A stretch of DNA of 63,837 nt, the filler included, from Reticulomyxa filosa (Eukaryota; Protista; Foraminifera), in NCBI GenBank assembly GCA_000512085.1. It is 21 parts of 21 records of this genome, joined end to end, with 100 filler letters (N's around TTAATTAATTAA, not from the genome) between each part and the next. Parts side by side here need not be neighbours in the genome. Positions count along the whole stretch, not along the records: positions 39,632 to 49,450 come from ASPP01008129.1; positions 49,551 to 51,782 come from ASPP01038798.1; positions 51,883 to 53,186 come from ASPP01000158.1; positions 53,287 to 56,162 come from ASPP01028075.1; 17 more parts are not named here. One strand, 5' to 3'. The notes under the pieces were generated by a model that did no database searches, was not told where the DNA came from, and saw nothing but the letters and a program-made list of their open reading frames with translations. The translations under genes were made by a program, and so were the position numbers. Below, in pieces: positions 40,857 through 53,325 of the stretch (positions are counted from its first letter, which is position 1; each line of letters starts with the position of its first letter).

Positions 40857-42307
40857 AATCCCTTATTACTGTGAGCATAAAGATTGAAAAATAACAACAC
40901 TTGATCTTTGTCAATCACCAAAAAAAAACAAAAACACTCCAACAAGAAGTTCTACTTCTTAAAAATAATTAGTGGAGGCAATACTGATACTTTTGATTTT
41001 TATGTTTATTTTTCTTTTTAGTTTGACGAATAATTAAACTGATTTATTTGTTTATTCACAGACACTTTGTTATTTAACTACCGAAAACAAATCCAAGAAA
41101 CTCAAAGCACTGTACCTGTGAGAACGACTAATGTGTAATACGAACCTCAATAAATTTGTAGTTAACAAAACAATTTAAACGAATAAACCCCAAAATGCAA
41201 AAGACAAGAAAAGTTTGGTAGTGAAAGGGAAAGTTTTAGAGAATAAAAGGTGTCATTCAAGTTATAACAGCCAAGAGGATTCGTCCTACTTACCTTGCTC
41301 AGAATATTAATATTTCTTTTTTTGTCCAATAACCTTGAATAACACATCTTTTAATTATCAAAATACTTTGAATTGTCGTAGAAAAAACTATTAATGTTTC
41401 AAGCACTTGTTGTTGTTTTATTCGTATTAAATTTCGCACAGAAACCCTCGCACGCTGCTGGAGCGGGACGAGTAACATCAGTTTATTTGGACAACTGGTT
41501 TGTCAAATATCTTCACATTGAAACAGAAAGTCTAAAGTGCCAGTATTTGATCTCAAAAAATTCAACTATTTTTCAATCTATGATTATGACATATCACAGT
41601 AAATATACTACAAAAAAATCATATTTTATATTTTCACAGTAAATTAAGCAATACTCACTACATTCATCGTATAAATATTCTGATTTCATATTTATATTCA
41701 AGACGTCTTGTTCTACAAGAAATGAAAAGATATCGCTTCAACTCTTAAAATTTTTTAAAATTATTAATCATTACATATCAAAGTAATACTACAATAAAAG
41801 TCGTTACATAATAGAACACGTTTTTCTATAGTCCCACATGTTTAAATTTGTTTTAAAAAAATAGTCCAAAAAAGACAAAATCAAATAGAAAATATTTAAA
41901 GTTAGCTGCTCCAGAAGGCGCCGCTTATTTTAAATTTTTTCTATTTCAATTTTTCCTTTTTTGTACTATCTTTTTTAATATTACATAAATATGTTTTTTA
42001 TCATACTTTAGTTAACCTTATGTTTTTTTTTACGTTGTTATGTAATCTTTTGATAAAACGATTTTGACATTATTATTTGATTTTTATAACGAAATATACT
42101 TTCATGATGTTTCGTTTTTCATTGATTAACATACTTACTTTTGGAATAACATATTTTGTTTTACATTTATTTAAAGTAATTTTTTTAAGCAACTTTTTGG
42201 CCTGTCTTGGAAAACATCTGAAGTTGTTTTAGCATGATGACAAAATTGAGTTTTTTCTTTGGTTAGAACTTCTGCAAATAGAAAACGATATTTTTAAACA
42301 ACGGTAG

Positions 42308-42520
42308 TGTAGGGCAAGTCCATATTATACAATCTCAAGTACTAATGGAACGATGGGATCCCCTGTGGGTTAAAACTCTCTTCACAACACAACTCACTTT
42401 TGTGTTTTTCTTTACTTGTTTTCCTTTCTTGTGTTGAAATTATTTTTGTTAATTTAATTTCCTTTTACTGAAGTTGCTTTTTGGAACTAAGTTCCTTTCG
42501 TATTACACTTAGTCGTCTCA
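42308..42520 (+). mobile_element. Divergent copy of the TGTAGG dispersed repeat
   Basis: 'tgtaggg...gtgggttaaaactctcttcac...ctttcgtattaca'; a matching reversed fragment lies at 41119-41145. Confidence 0.65.
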
Positions 42521-43279
42521 ATGTTCATACAGTAGTACACTTATATCAGTCTAGGACATTGTTATTTCTATGCGTTAAAAATTTTTAGGGAATGTATTGT
42601 TATAATTTTGCATGTTTTTGTCAAACAGGAATTTAAAATACTTTTTGCATAGCACGCAAAAAGCTTTTGTTAACTCTAGAAAAAAATTTTCACAAGTTTT
42701 TTGTGTCCTTAGGAATATTAATCAAATATACTATTCATATAGATTTACTTGCTTATAAACTTTTTGTCTTAGAAATAACTTTATACATTTTAATTTTTCA
42801 AAAAAAATGTTTACTTTAAAAAAGACGAGAATTCGCTAAATCAAAAATAGATGAACGAATTAATGTTATGAAATTCCACCCCAATCTAGAAAACTTTTTG
42901 CAAGTGTTTTCTACTTCAATTTTATCCTCTTGTAGCAAAAATCCACTTTAGAAAAAAAAATAAGTAAAAATTGGATTAAAATTTAATCAATACATTGTAG
43001 TTTGATTTATAAACCTAATAAATAGGAAAGGTTGACATAAAAACTGTAACTTCTATGATGAAATCAAGTTTTTTAGTATAACCCATTTATTCAATTATGT
43101 ATTGAAAGCTCTTCATATCTGATTATCGTTCTGCAAATGTCTAAGCATATTTTTAAATGTGTATTAAAACTATTTCCAAGAGTGTCTGTGTTTGTTGAAG
43201 CAACAGCAAAAAAAGTTTTACAATCCCCGTCAAAAAAAAAAAGTGCTTTGTTGTACTTTTGTTTAATTTAGTGCTAGAA

Positions 43280-43861
43280 ATGAATCAAGCAACATCAAGT
43301 CAAGCAACACAAGGTCAAATATCGCAAGGCCAACAAGCCCAGAATCAAGGATCTCTGAAGCAACAATCGCAGCGACAACCGCAGCAACAACCATCAAACC
43401 CACAGCATGAGCAGATAGAAAGCCACCGACCGCAACGTGAACAGGTGAAAAATCAACAGCCGCAGAGTCAGCCACCGCGAAAAGAGAAGTCGGAAACGTA
43501 TACTCCCGGCAATTTTTTTTATGCGTTGCTGCAGGTTGAGACAAATAAGCGCAAGGGCAATCGCGAAAGCGACTTTGAAGAAGGAAAAGGGCCCTTCAAC
43601 ATTCGTTACGAATACTGGACGGAAGCAGGCATTCCAGAAGATTATAAGACACGCATCCTTGAATTGGAAAAATCAAAAGAATGTATTCGAACGTGGATGA
43701 ATCGTCATTGCAAGCCAGAGTGGTCCAAAACCATGTCTTTAGAGGATTGCGAAACATGTGTTCGAAAGTATCGTGGAGGTCCCAAAGGGAACACTGTTGA
43801 TCCAGACAATGAATACTGGATTGAATTCAAGGAATATCTTAATCCCGATAAAACCTGTTGA
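43280..43861 (+). CDS. i-type (destabilase-like) lysozyme homolog with Q-rich N-terminal extension
   Basis: 'FFYALLQVET...GKGPFNIRYEYWTEAG...SKECIRTWMNRH...DCETCVRKYRGGPKG...EYWIEFKEYL' aligns with i-type 'ICQVES...GPFQI...YW...C...YM.RY...CE..ARIHNGGP.G...YW.KV'. Confidence 0.75.
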   Translation: MNQATSSQATQGQISQGQQAQNQGSLKQQSQRQPQQQPSNPQHEQIESHRPQREQVKNQQPQSQPPRKEKSETYTPGNFFYALLQVETNKRKGNRESDFEEGKGPFNIRYEYWTEAGIPEDYKTRILELEKSKECIRTWMNRHCKPEWSKTMSLEDCETCVRKYRGGPKGNTVDPDNEYWIEFKEYLNPDKTC

Positions 43862-44933
43862 AATTGTGATATTTTATTGAGCTTCAACCTCATTTTTTTG
43901 TAGTGTTGTTTTGTTTTGACTAGTAAGCAATTATTGTAGTCAAAGATTGTAAGAAACAATGTTTTTAGGATACTTTAAAAAAAAGAAATTTTTTTTTAAA
44001 GTGTAGAATGCTTATTGCTTTTGGAGGATACATGACAAAATCTTCGCTCAAAAAAAAATTGACAACAATTTTTTTATCCAAAACGACAACATTTTTGTAC
44101 GTATTTTGAAAAACACTTGGCCTGGAAGAAAAAAAGTAAATAGACAAATAAATAAGGTATTTACATCATTCGTGGCGGATAAAAGAGACACATAGCTACA
44201 CGTTTGCATGAGCTTTTTTATTTGCTCGGGCAACGTCGATAACATGAAAGAATTCCGTTTTTTTTTGTACATATTACGTCATTATGTCGTCAATTTTTTT
44301 GTTGCCATTTTTAATTCGTAGCTGCTTTTTGTTCGTATCTGCTGATGGGAATGTGATTTCTGTAGTTTTGGTTATTGTTGCCGGATATAAAAAAAAACGT
44401 CATCTTGATGCAATACTCCAAAACTTGAATCTAGGAAAAATACATACTCATCCAAACTTTTAACAAAATGGTTACATGAAGCAAAGGTGCTAAAAAAATT
44501 CAATAAAAATTTTGAAATTGTGATAGCACAAATGCAAGTATGATTACAGTCTTTCTTACAAAATTTACCAAAATCACGTAAAAATGGCATTTTTGTCCGT
44601 ATAAAAAAAAATTAATTAAAATTAATACTATTTTTGAAAACTACAGTATTTGTAAATTTTTTTAAAAAGACATAATCGATTTAATACTTGCATTGAAGAG
44701 AGTGCCACAATTTTGATCGAATTATGCTCGTTAAAGTAATATTCCATGTGTAAACATTTGTTCCATGCTATCAGCGAAATTATTATCCACTCGGAAAGAG
44801 TCTCAAAAATAAGTTGTTGACTTTTTTTCGATCAATAAAACGTTCACGAACGGTGAGCGCTCCCCACCGCTCGGTTCAAAAAAAGTTTGAATTTTGGAGT
44901 GCCCTTTTTTTGTATTTCTTTCTACTGATAGAA

Positions 44934-45335
44934 ATGACTCAACAATCACAAAAGTTTTCTTTTGACAACTTTTTTTACGCCTTACACCAGATGGAAACTG
45001 GTGGGCGATTGGACAAAATTGAGGTCGCTATTGGAAAAGGGAAAGGGCCTTTCAATATTCATTACGAATTCTGGGCCGAATCGAACATCTCTGAACGTTA
45101 TGAAACAGAGGTGTATGACCTGGACAAATCTAAAGAGTGCATAAAAAGTTGGATGGGCCGTCATTCCAAATCTGAGTGGTCCGATTCCATGTCTTTGAGC
45201 GATTGCGAAAAATGCGCTCGAAGGTTCAGCGGAGGCCCCAAAGGGGACACTCTAACTCAAACAAATGATTACTGGAAAAAATTTAAAGGTTACCTCGACC
45301 CAAATAAAAAATGTCATGAAAACTGTAAAAGCTAA
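44934..45335 (+). CDS. i-type (destabilase-like) lysozyme homolog, tandem paralog
   Basis: 'FFYALHQMETGG...GKGPFNIHYEFWAES...SKECIKSWMGRH...DCEKCARRFSGGPKG...DYWKKFKGYL'. Confidence 0.78.
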   Translation: MTQQSQKFSFDNFFYALHQMETGGRLDKIEVAIGKGKGPFNIHYEFWAESNISERYETEVYDLDKSKECIKSWMGRHSKSEWSDSMSLSDCEKCARRFSGGPKGDTLTQTNDYWKKFKGYLDPNKKCHENCKS

Positions 45336-46330
45336 ATCTTTCTTTTTTAGTGTTATTTTTGTTTATTGGTTTGTTTGCTTGTTTTGTATTTTTAAAAACT
45401 GACAAGCAAAAAAAATGTAGTGTTTCTGAAAGTTGTGAAACAAGTTTAGAATCTTTTTAAAAAGATGACCTAAATAGGTTACTTATCTAAGCGAAATTTT
45501 ATTTCATTTAAGACGTACAAAAAAAAATAAGGAAATAAGGCTTAAATTTGTTGTCAATTTTTTTTGTTTCTTGAAGCAGATAAAAAAATAATGACAAACA
45601 TTTACTTTTTCCAGACAAAAATTAAAATTGTCTTCGAGATAGCTTTAGAGATACAAAAAATGGTTGAAAATTTTTGTACATATCAACATGTTTTTCAATT
45701 TGTCGTGCCATTGTTCCTCTTGCTCCATGAACAAACATATTAAATTACGTTTAAATAGTTTTGGCCTTGTCAAGCCTTTTTAGAAGTTAATATGATACTA
45801 CTACAGTTTAAAATGCAATAAAGCTGCGAATTTGTAACTTCCACGCAGCAGTATTGAACACACAGACCAATCGTTAATAAAAATATTAAAAAATTTTATG
45901 AGAAACGTGAAGCAATTATTTACAGATATTGAATCACAATGTGAAGATGTATTCAAATGCACTCAAAATTTCTTTGCCACAGATAAAGAGAATGCACTTT
46001 CAACGAATGAAAATAACAAACCTGACGACCAAATTCTTTTAAGTGTTTTTCCTTTCAAACTTTTTAAATGATTTTGGTTCATTCTGTCATATTTTTCACT
46101 ATCATCAAGATCTCAGCGCTACTTCCATCGATAATATCTAATAAAACAACCTCTGTTAATTGGACTAAAAGAATAGCAGTGCAGTATGTTACTTTTCAAA
46201 AGAAGGAAACGAACGAAACGCGACATTTTGGAAAATTCTTTTCAAAGACTCCGAATCTCTTTTAAAAATTGTAAAAAGACATCTAAATAAAATAATAACA
46301 GTCTAAAAATAATTTTTGACGGAAAAAAAG

Positions 46331-46557
46331 TGTAGGAGAAGCTCCTACTATAGAGAGAATCGTTAAAGGGGCTGACGAGCTCCCGGTGGGTTAAACTTTT
46401 CCTAACACTTTTCACTCACCAGTGTTTTCTTTTCTGTTTTAATCTGGTGTTTCGGTGTACTCATTTCCACACATTTGTTTTACTTTTCTTTATTTAATCT
46501 TGTTTTCGTTGATACTTGTTCAAAAGAGCTAATTAACCTTTCGTATTACATTTAGTG
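46331..46557 (+). mobile_element. Most complete copy of the TGTAGG dispersed repeat
   Basis: Starts with hairpin gtaggag-aag-ctcctac, carries the ggggctgacgagctcccggtgggttaaac core, and ends tttcgtattacatttagtg. Confidence 0.75.
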
Positions 46558-46907
46558 TAATATTTCATCGGCGCATACTCCCACAAAAGCAGCACGGTCT
46601 CAAAAAGAGTAAACAAAAAATTTTAAAAGAATTTTTGGAAGCCTTTTACATACGAAGGAAGTCAAAGGCCAATTGTGTGGCAAACGACGAGATGTATTAT
46701 ATAAAAGTGTTACTCATATATACACCAAAAAGAAGATCTGGGATACGCAGGCAATTGCATCCACTTTTTCAATTGCTTGTTCGAGTTTTTTAGCACAGTT
46801 GATGTGACAGGCTGAGTGTCACAAGCAAGGCCTAAAGGAAACAATGGGAATAATTCAAAAAAATATTAACGATATTTGGATACTTTCAACTGCTTCCCTC
46901 TTCTAAA

Positions 46908-48017
46908 ATGACATCATTTGAAACAACAGGTCACTTTGGAAAAATCATAGATGTGTGGGCACAGCCTCCGACACTGCGTTTTCTGGAAAAAATTCCCGAA
47001 GTGAAGCGTTTACTTCAAAACTCGAAATCGCCAGTAGCGAGCTTGACAAAAGATTACACACCAAGCCAAATGATCGAAGAAATGGACACAGCGGGGATCG
47101 GACAAGTAATGTTGTGTGGATGGAACCGACCAAATCAAGTAGTAATTTCCAACGAACAGATAGCAGCATTTACGTCAGTTAAAAGAACGCGCATTTTCGC
47201 GAATAATAAAAGAATTTTTTTTTAATCTATTAAAAAAAAGGGGATGAAAACCTATAAAAAAAATTCAAAATATAAAACATAGTGGATGATCTTGCACTGT
47301 GAATGGGACAACAGGCACATCCAGATCGCTTCAAAGGAGTGGTTTCAGTGAATTTGACAGACCCTTGTGATGCGGTACAACAGATTGATTATTATGTCAA
47401 AAAACATAACTTTAAGGCTGTCCGTGTGGTACCATGGATTTGGGATATGCCACCAACCAACCGGTATTTTTTTGTTTTTTTTTTAATTGAACTTGTTTTT
47501 TTTATTGATTTGATTTTTTTATAGTTATTATTATCCGATTTTTGTGAAATGTGTGGAATTGGATATTCCATTTTGTACTCAAGTTGGACATACGGGGCCT
47601 TTATGTCCTTCAGAGACGGGTCGACCTATACCTTATATCGACCGCGTTGCGTTGGATTTTCCACAGCTGAAAATCATTGGCGGACATATTGGATATCCTT
47701 GGATTAATGAAATGATAAGCTGCGCTTGGAAACATGCCAATGTTTATATTGATACGAGCGCATATTTGCCCAAATATTATCCAAAGGAGTTGATTGATTT
47801 TATGAACACAAATGGCGCAGATCGGGTCATGTTTGGCACCAATTATCCACAACTAATGTTAGATGCATGTGTTCAAAGTGCTTTGACTCACTTAAAGCTT
47901 AAAAATAAACAAGTTCAATCCAACTTTTTATATGAAAATGCAATTCGAGTCTTTAAGTTAGACTCAAAAACGACCAACAAATCAAACAAAAAATCGCACG
48001 ATAAAGCAAAGTTATAG
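46908..48017 (+). CDS. Amidohydrolase_2 family protein, 3 exons
   Basis: 'IIDVWAQ', 'EMDTAGI', 'HPDRF', 'CVELDIPFCTQVGHTGPLCPSETGRPIPYID', 'GGHIGYPW', 'NVYIDTSAY', 'VMFGTNYP'; introns 47178-47314 and ~47464-47524. Confidence 0.92.
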
Positions 48018-48953
48018 AAATAAAGATAACTTTTTTGTACTTTTATAACAATTAATTTAGATGATTTAGTGTCATCTTTATAAATGTGTAATTCTTCATT
48101 TCATAGTCAATTTTTTAGGTCAAATTAACGATAATTTCTACAATTTCACATGGTTTCATTGTCATTGACCTATTCAAAATAACTCTAAATAATTTAATCT
48201 TTGTATTGTTTAGGCAATTTTTTGGATATATTTTATAAGCATCTTGCAATAACAACTACAAATATGTGCATGTTTGCTGATTGAATGCAATTCTGTAATG
48301 AATGAAAAGCAAAAATATTTCTATTCTGCCAGTTTAAAATAGATACGTTTAGCTAAGAATGTAAATGACATTTGGAATTTTCGTGTAAATTCATGATCAA
48401 ACTGGCAAACAATTGTTGCTTTATAATAGGCTTTTTTAAATGTAGTAATAATATGAGTAAAAAAATTAAAAATAAAACAAAACGATTGAAAGTCATGGAC
48501 AACGAGTTGGTGATGCCATAAACTATAAAATGGTGTGTGATACGCACGCCATAGTCGTTAAAAAAAATGCAACAACAAGACAATAGAAAAACAAAAATAG
48601 GGTTAAACAAACAAAAACTTAAAAACATGACAACAGAACAAAACATAATGAAACGTGTTTAACATTCTCTAAAATATTTTGATTAAATAACATTCTACAC
48701 CCCCTATTTAATCAAAACCAATCAAAAAAGAACACAATTCTTTAATTTGCTATGCTATTCAATTAACCTTTGTGCGTTCTTCCTTTTTTCTCTCGCTCAG
48801 CAACACCTTTTTGCCTTTCAGTTGCTTGAGTTTGATCATCTAACATTCAAAAAAAATAGGAGGGTGTATTAGGTTACGTAGTTGAAAACAGAAAGCAAAA
48901 CTGATGATCACTAATTTCCTCTGAGATTTCATCCTTGTTCCTTGCTTTTGTTT

Positions 48954-49427
48954 TTATTTTTTTGTTTTAGTTCTACTTTTTCCATCAAATGTTCTAACCT
49001 TTTTGATAAGTATCTTCAATTTTCGTTTTTCTTCCTTTATTTTCTTTCGTTTCTTTACTTCAATAAACAAAAACACATATGCAATCAACATGCCAACGCA
49101 TGAACCTATCGACCAAACAACAATAGTATTTAGAAACGACCCTTGAAGTAAGTTGAGCACCACTCCACCACACAAAGAAACAAGTACTGCAGAATATGCC
49201 AGCGATAAATTAAAAATTCCGACTACATATCCGCGCTTGTCTTCATGTTTCAAAATGCGCAATTCTTTTTCAATTAAGATCCAATAGTTGTTGTAATGAA
49301 TTTGCAAAAATATTCCGTATAATGCAAGCAATCCATACAACCGGATGCCAACCCTATCATTCTTAGTCACAAATAGGAGAGCCCCACATAGAGACATTGC
49401 CAGTTCTCCAACTAGGTACACTTGCAT
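48954..49427 (-). CDS. MFS transporter C-terminal part (possibly SUT/SLC45-like)
   Basis: Four TM helices; 'RGYVVGIFNLSLAYSAVLVSLCGG'. Confidence 0.55.
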   Translation of the reverse strand: MQVYLVGELAMSLCGALLFVTKNDRVGIRLYGLLALYGIFLQIHYNNYWILIEKELRILKHEDKRGYVVGIFNLSLAYSAVLVSLCGGVVLNLLQGSFLNTIVVWSIGSCVGMLIAYVFLFIEVKKRKKIKEEKRKLKILIKKVRTFDGKSRTKTKK

Positions 49428-49550
49428 TGTTCCTTTTTTTTTTTTAAAAANNNNNNNNNNNNNNNNNNNNNNNNNNNNNNNNNNNNNNNNNNNNTTAATT
49501 AATTAANNNNNNNNNNNNNNNNNNNNNNNNNNNNNNNNNNNNNNNNNNNN

Positions 49551-49589
49551 GCCATTTAGGTATGGCAGTTTTTTTTGCAATCTACTGTA
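49551..49589 (+). repeat. Partial copy of the 46-bp inverted-repeat element
   Basis: Identical to 63107-63144 over 38 nt; ends ...CTACTG-TA. Confidence 0.8.
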
Positions 49590-49959
49590 GTATGATTAAA
49601 GAAAAAACTAATGACCACGCTTTGGTAAATTATTTTATTATATGAGAAAAAACAAATTTAAGATATGCTGATTTTGATAGTGAAATATTGTGCAATACAA
49701 TTTTGAGTTGACAAATCTAAATTGGTAACATTCATAAAATAATAAAGATAATAGCACATGAAAAAAAGGAAGTCATTTAATTTTTTAAAAAATTTAACTT
49801 GCTGTCATAAAACGTGAGATTAGTGATTATTATAACTTGATATTTAAAGTTAGAAATAGCGTGACATTCAAAAACGAGTCAACTTTTTTGATGATCATGA
49901 AAAAAAAAAATGTTATTTTCATATTTTTGCTTTTATAAACAAGAGCAAGATATTAGTTC

Positions 49960-51258
49960 ATGTCCGTCTAATAGCTTGTAAATCGTACTGGATCCAAAAA
50001 CTGGACTACTTGCCATTGCTGCAATTGCAGCTGCAAGTGTACAACAAGGCCAAACCTCGAAAGGACTATCTCAAACAAGTCGTCGCGTTGGCGGACGAGT
50101 TGATCGGACAAATCAACACCACTGAAGTCGCCGCCGCCGCCTTCTTTGGCAGAAAGGCTATGGAAAAGGATGACTCTGAATAGAAGGAAAAAAAGCGAAC
50201 CCGAAACAACACAATGGAAAGACCTATATTTAGACGATTTGAAAACACAAGTTTTAATTATACTTGCAAAAAGTCTTGCAATTGAAAACCTACCAAAACA
50301 AAAGGATTGTATAATATCATATCTTAAAATTAAGATGTCGATATTTATTTTAACAATTTAACAGCTATACAATTGAAAGCATAGCTAAAATTAAGTTTAT
50401 TGAGCCAGAGGTCGGAAAAGAAAGAAGTATATATTAGACTCCTTAAAGGCATGGAGACACCAGAAATAAAAAAATTGAAACCAGCAATTAAGAATTGTGG
50501 TAAGTTTTTTTAAATCAAGTTTTTTTTTTATAAATAAATCAAGTTTGTGATTTTGTTGTTTAAGAAAAAAAAAACATAGACAAATTTTATAGAATAAGAA
50601 GAAAATGTCAATGCAAGTGCAAATGATGAAGAATAAGACAACAATGCAATTGCCAACGCAAATGCAAATGAAAATACAAATGAAAATGCAAATGAGTATA
50701 AAGAAGACACCAATGCAAGTGTCAACACAAGTGAAAAATATAATGTTTCTTTTTAAAAAAAAAAAATTTAATTTAAAAACTTTTTTTTTTTTTAAATAGA
50801 TGAAGATGAATGTGAATACACTGACAATATAACTATTGAAGTATTTAGCAATAAAAAAAAGTCAAAACAAGATATTTTATCACTATCGATCGATCAAAGT
50901 TTATTTATTTTTTTTTTTTTAAATAAAAATAAAAAAAATATAATCCATTAATCTTGAAAAAATTGCCTTCAAATATATCGATTTTGTTGGTAGAAATAAA
51001 ATAATAATTATAAAAAAAAAGGTAAGTAGTGATAGATGTGTGTTATATAATTTAAAAAAGTAAAGATGTTGAATCGCATAGAATCATACAAATAACATCA
51101 GCTACGACGTTGCAAGTGATCAATCCGACATTGTCGACATTATGCCTCTTTCAATCAACAGTCAAGACCAATATTATGATGCACAACAAAAGCCTGACAA
51201 TGTTCTCCTTTTCGAAAAAATCAATGCCAAGCTTGACAACATAACACAAATTTTTTAA
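49960..51258 (+). pseudogene. Decayed multi-exon hypothetical gene with N/A/E-rich repeats
   Basis: Exon-like GC-richer blocks with stops; imperfect 'aatgcaaatg' repeats at 50600-50730. Confidence 0.3.
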
Positions 51259-53146
51259 AATTAGATATTTGAATAAGTTTTTAATATTATTTTCAATTTT
51301 CATTTTTTTTAAAAACTTTATGTATCCTTAATTTTGCTTTTTTTAATTATAATTTCACAAGTCACAAAAAATTGTTTTAAGGATTCAAAAAATTAGTTTG
51401 ATCTGGATCCTGAGTTTTATTTTCTTTTTTTTTGTTAGAGTTTGTTTTTTTTTTACATTAATATTAAGTTGCTACATTACTTAATCCGTTTTTATTTTTA
51501 GGCAAGTGCTACCCAACTATCATTTGGTTGATGATTTTAAGATAGACTATCATTTAATCTAATTTCATATCACTTTCAACATTTAAACAAATTGTCATCG
51601 AAGCTTTATCAACTACCACCAAATAATTGTTGTTTTTTTATGAAAAAAGTCGCACTAGACTGACATTGTTGATTAAATGTTTGGCTAGTGCTGAACTGAC
51701 ATTTTTTATTGTATTTTTTTTAGCATTATTTTTGAAATTTTTGTGTATTTTTGTTGAAACGCATTATCTTAGCTCGTTCACANNNNNNNNNNNNNNNNNN
51801 NNNNNNNNNNNNNNNNNNNNNNNNNNTTAATTAATTAANNNNNNNNNNNNNNNNNNNNNNNNNNNNNNNNNNNNNNNNNNNNTTTTTTTTTTTTGGGTTG
51901 AGTTTTTTTATTTGGTTGATTTAACAAAAAATTACATGTGTCACAAACTTACAATCAAAGGCTTATAAAAAAAAAAAAAAAAAATTAACAAAAAAAAAAT
52001 AGTTTTTTTTTATTGTGTTTAATTGCCACTCAACAATTTGTAGTTTTACTGTCTTTTGTTCTATTGTCACTGTTCGGAATCGAAAATCCACACCGATTGT
52101 ACTGATGTAACTGTCTGTAAAACTGTCGTCCTTTTTTTATTTATTTTTAGTTAGTATTTATTACATGTCTGTCGCTTGAGTCGGTTTGCATTTGTGTTTG
52201 TTTATTCAATTCAAAAAAATAGTCAGCTGACTTACAGCAAATCGCAGCAAAAGACATGACTTCCCCACACCACTGTCACCGATGAGCACTAATTTGAACA
52301 AATAGTCACTATGTTCAAGAACACAACAAAAAATAAAAAGAATGAAAGTCAATATGACCGGGGAAAAAAATGCTCAACTAATCCCTTTTCATAGCCATGT
52401 TTAAACACAAACACTGAGATCTCTCAGTATGCACAGGAAATAATAATGTTTTTTATCGAGAGAGTCAGAAAAACCGGGTCTCATGCAGCTTTTTTTACCA
52501 CTCTTGCGTCTTTAATTGACCAGATTGAAGTTTTTTTTATGTAACAAGTACTAAAAAAATTAAAGAGATTAAGTAAATTATTATAAAAAAATAAAATGTT
52601 TGTAATTGACAAAAATATAGAACAAATAAAACGTTTCAATGATTTATAACACTTAAATGAAATGTTTAACATAAAAATATTAAATTAAAACCTTTTCCAC
52701 AAATATCATGTAATTCTCGCTAGATTATAATAATAATTTAAAACAAATAATCAAAGTACAAAGTTTATATTTAATTAATTTTTGATTAATGTGCTTGTGT
52801 TATATTAGCGTGAATAATAATATATTAGAAATTTTATTGCTTGATGTATAATGTGATAAAATTGTATTATAAATTTTAAGAAATAATTGCAATTGATTAT
52901 TCATATCATTTAAATCACTTGTTAGCATATATGCAAAAAATAAAATTGTATAACAACAATGCAAAATTACACATAATAACTATCGTAATTTGTATTATTT
53001 TTAAATTACTTCAACAACAGATTTGTTACAAGATTCAAATTAATTGTATAAAGTATTTGTATTTTAAATATTGAATCATTGTAAATGTAATTCTACAATA
53101 TGTATATAACTATTTGTCAATTGTAGAATGTATTACATAATAATAT

Positions 53147-53186
53147 TGTGGGGAGTCTACAGTGAAGAGCTTCACTAAATGTAATA
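53147..53186 (-). mobile_element. Terminus of TGTAGG/TGTGGG repeat at contig end
   Basis: 'tgtggggagtctacagtgaagagcttcactaaatgtaata'; its reverse complement also opens the contig at 4767-4779. Confidence 0.75.
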
Positions 53187-53325
53187 NNNNNNNNNNNNNN
53201 NNNNNNNNNNNNNNNNNNNNNNNNNNNNNNTTAATTAATTAANNNNNNNNNNNNNNNNNNNNNNNNNNNNNNNNNNNNNNNNNNNNTGTGTGTGTGTGGA
53301 TCGAAATCGAAATATTCTCTTTTAG

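Noticed and set aside
41445-41482. GC-rich hairpin as a Helitron 3' end
   Set aside because: Imperfect stem, no CTRR terminus and no second copy in the window.
43859-43875. TGA in 'C-TGA-N-C' of lysozyme 1 as selenocysteine or readthrough
   Set aside because: The paralog has CHENC here, so small deletions or errors explain it; no SECIS was recognised.
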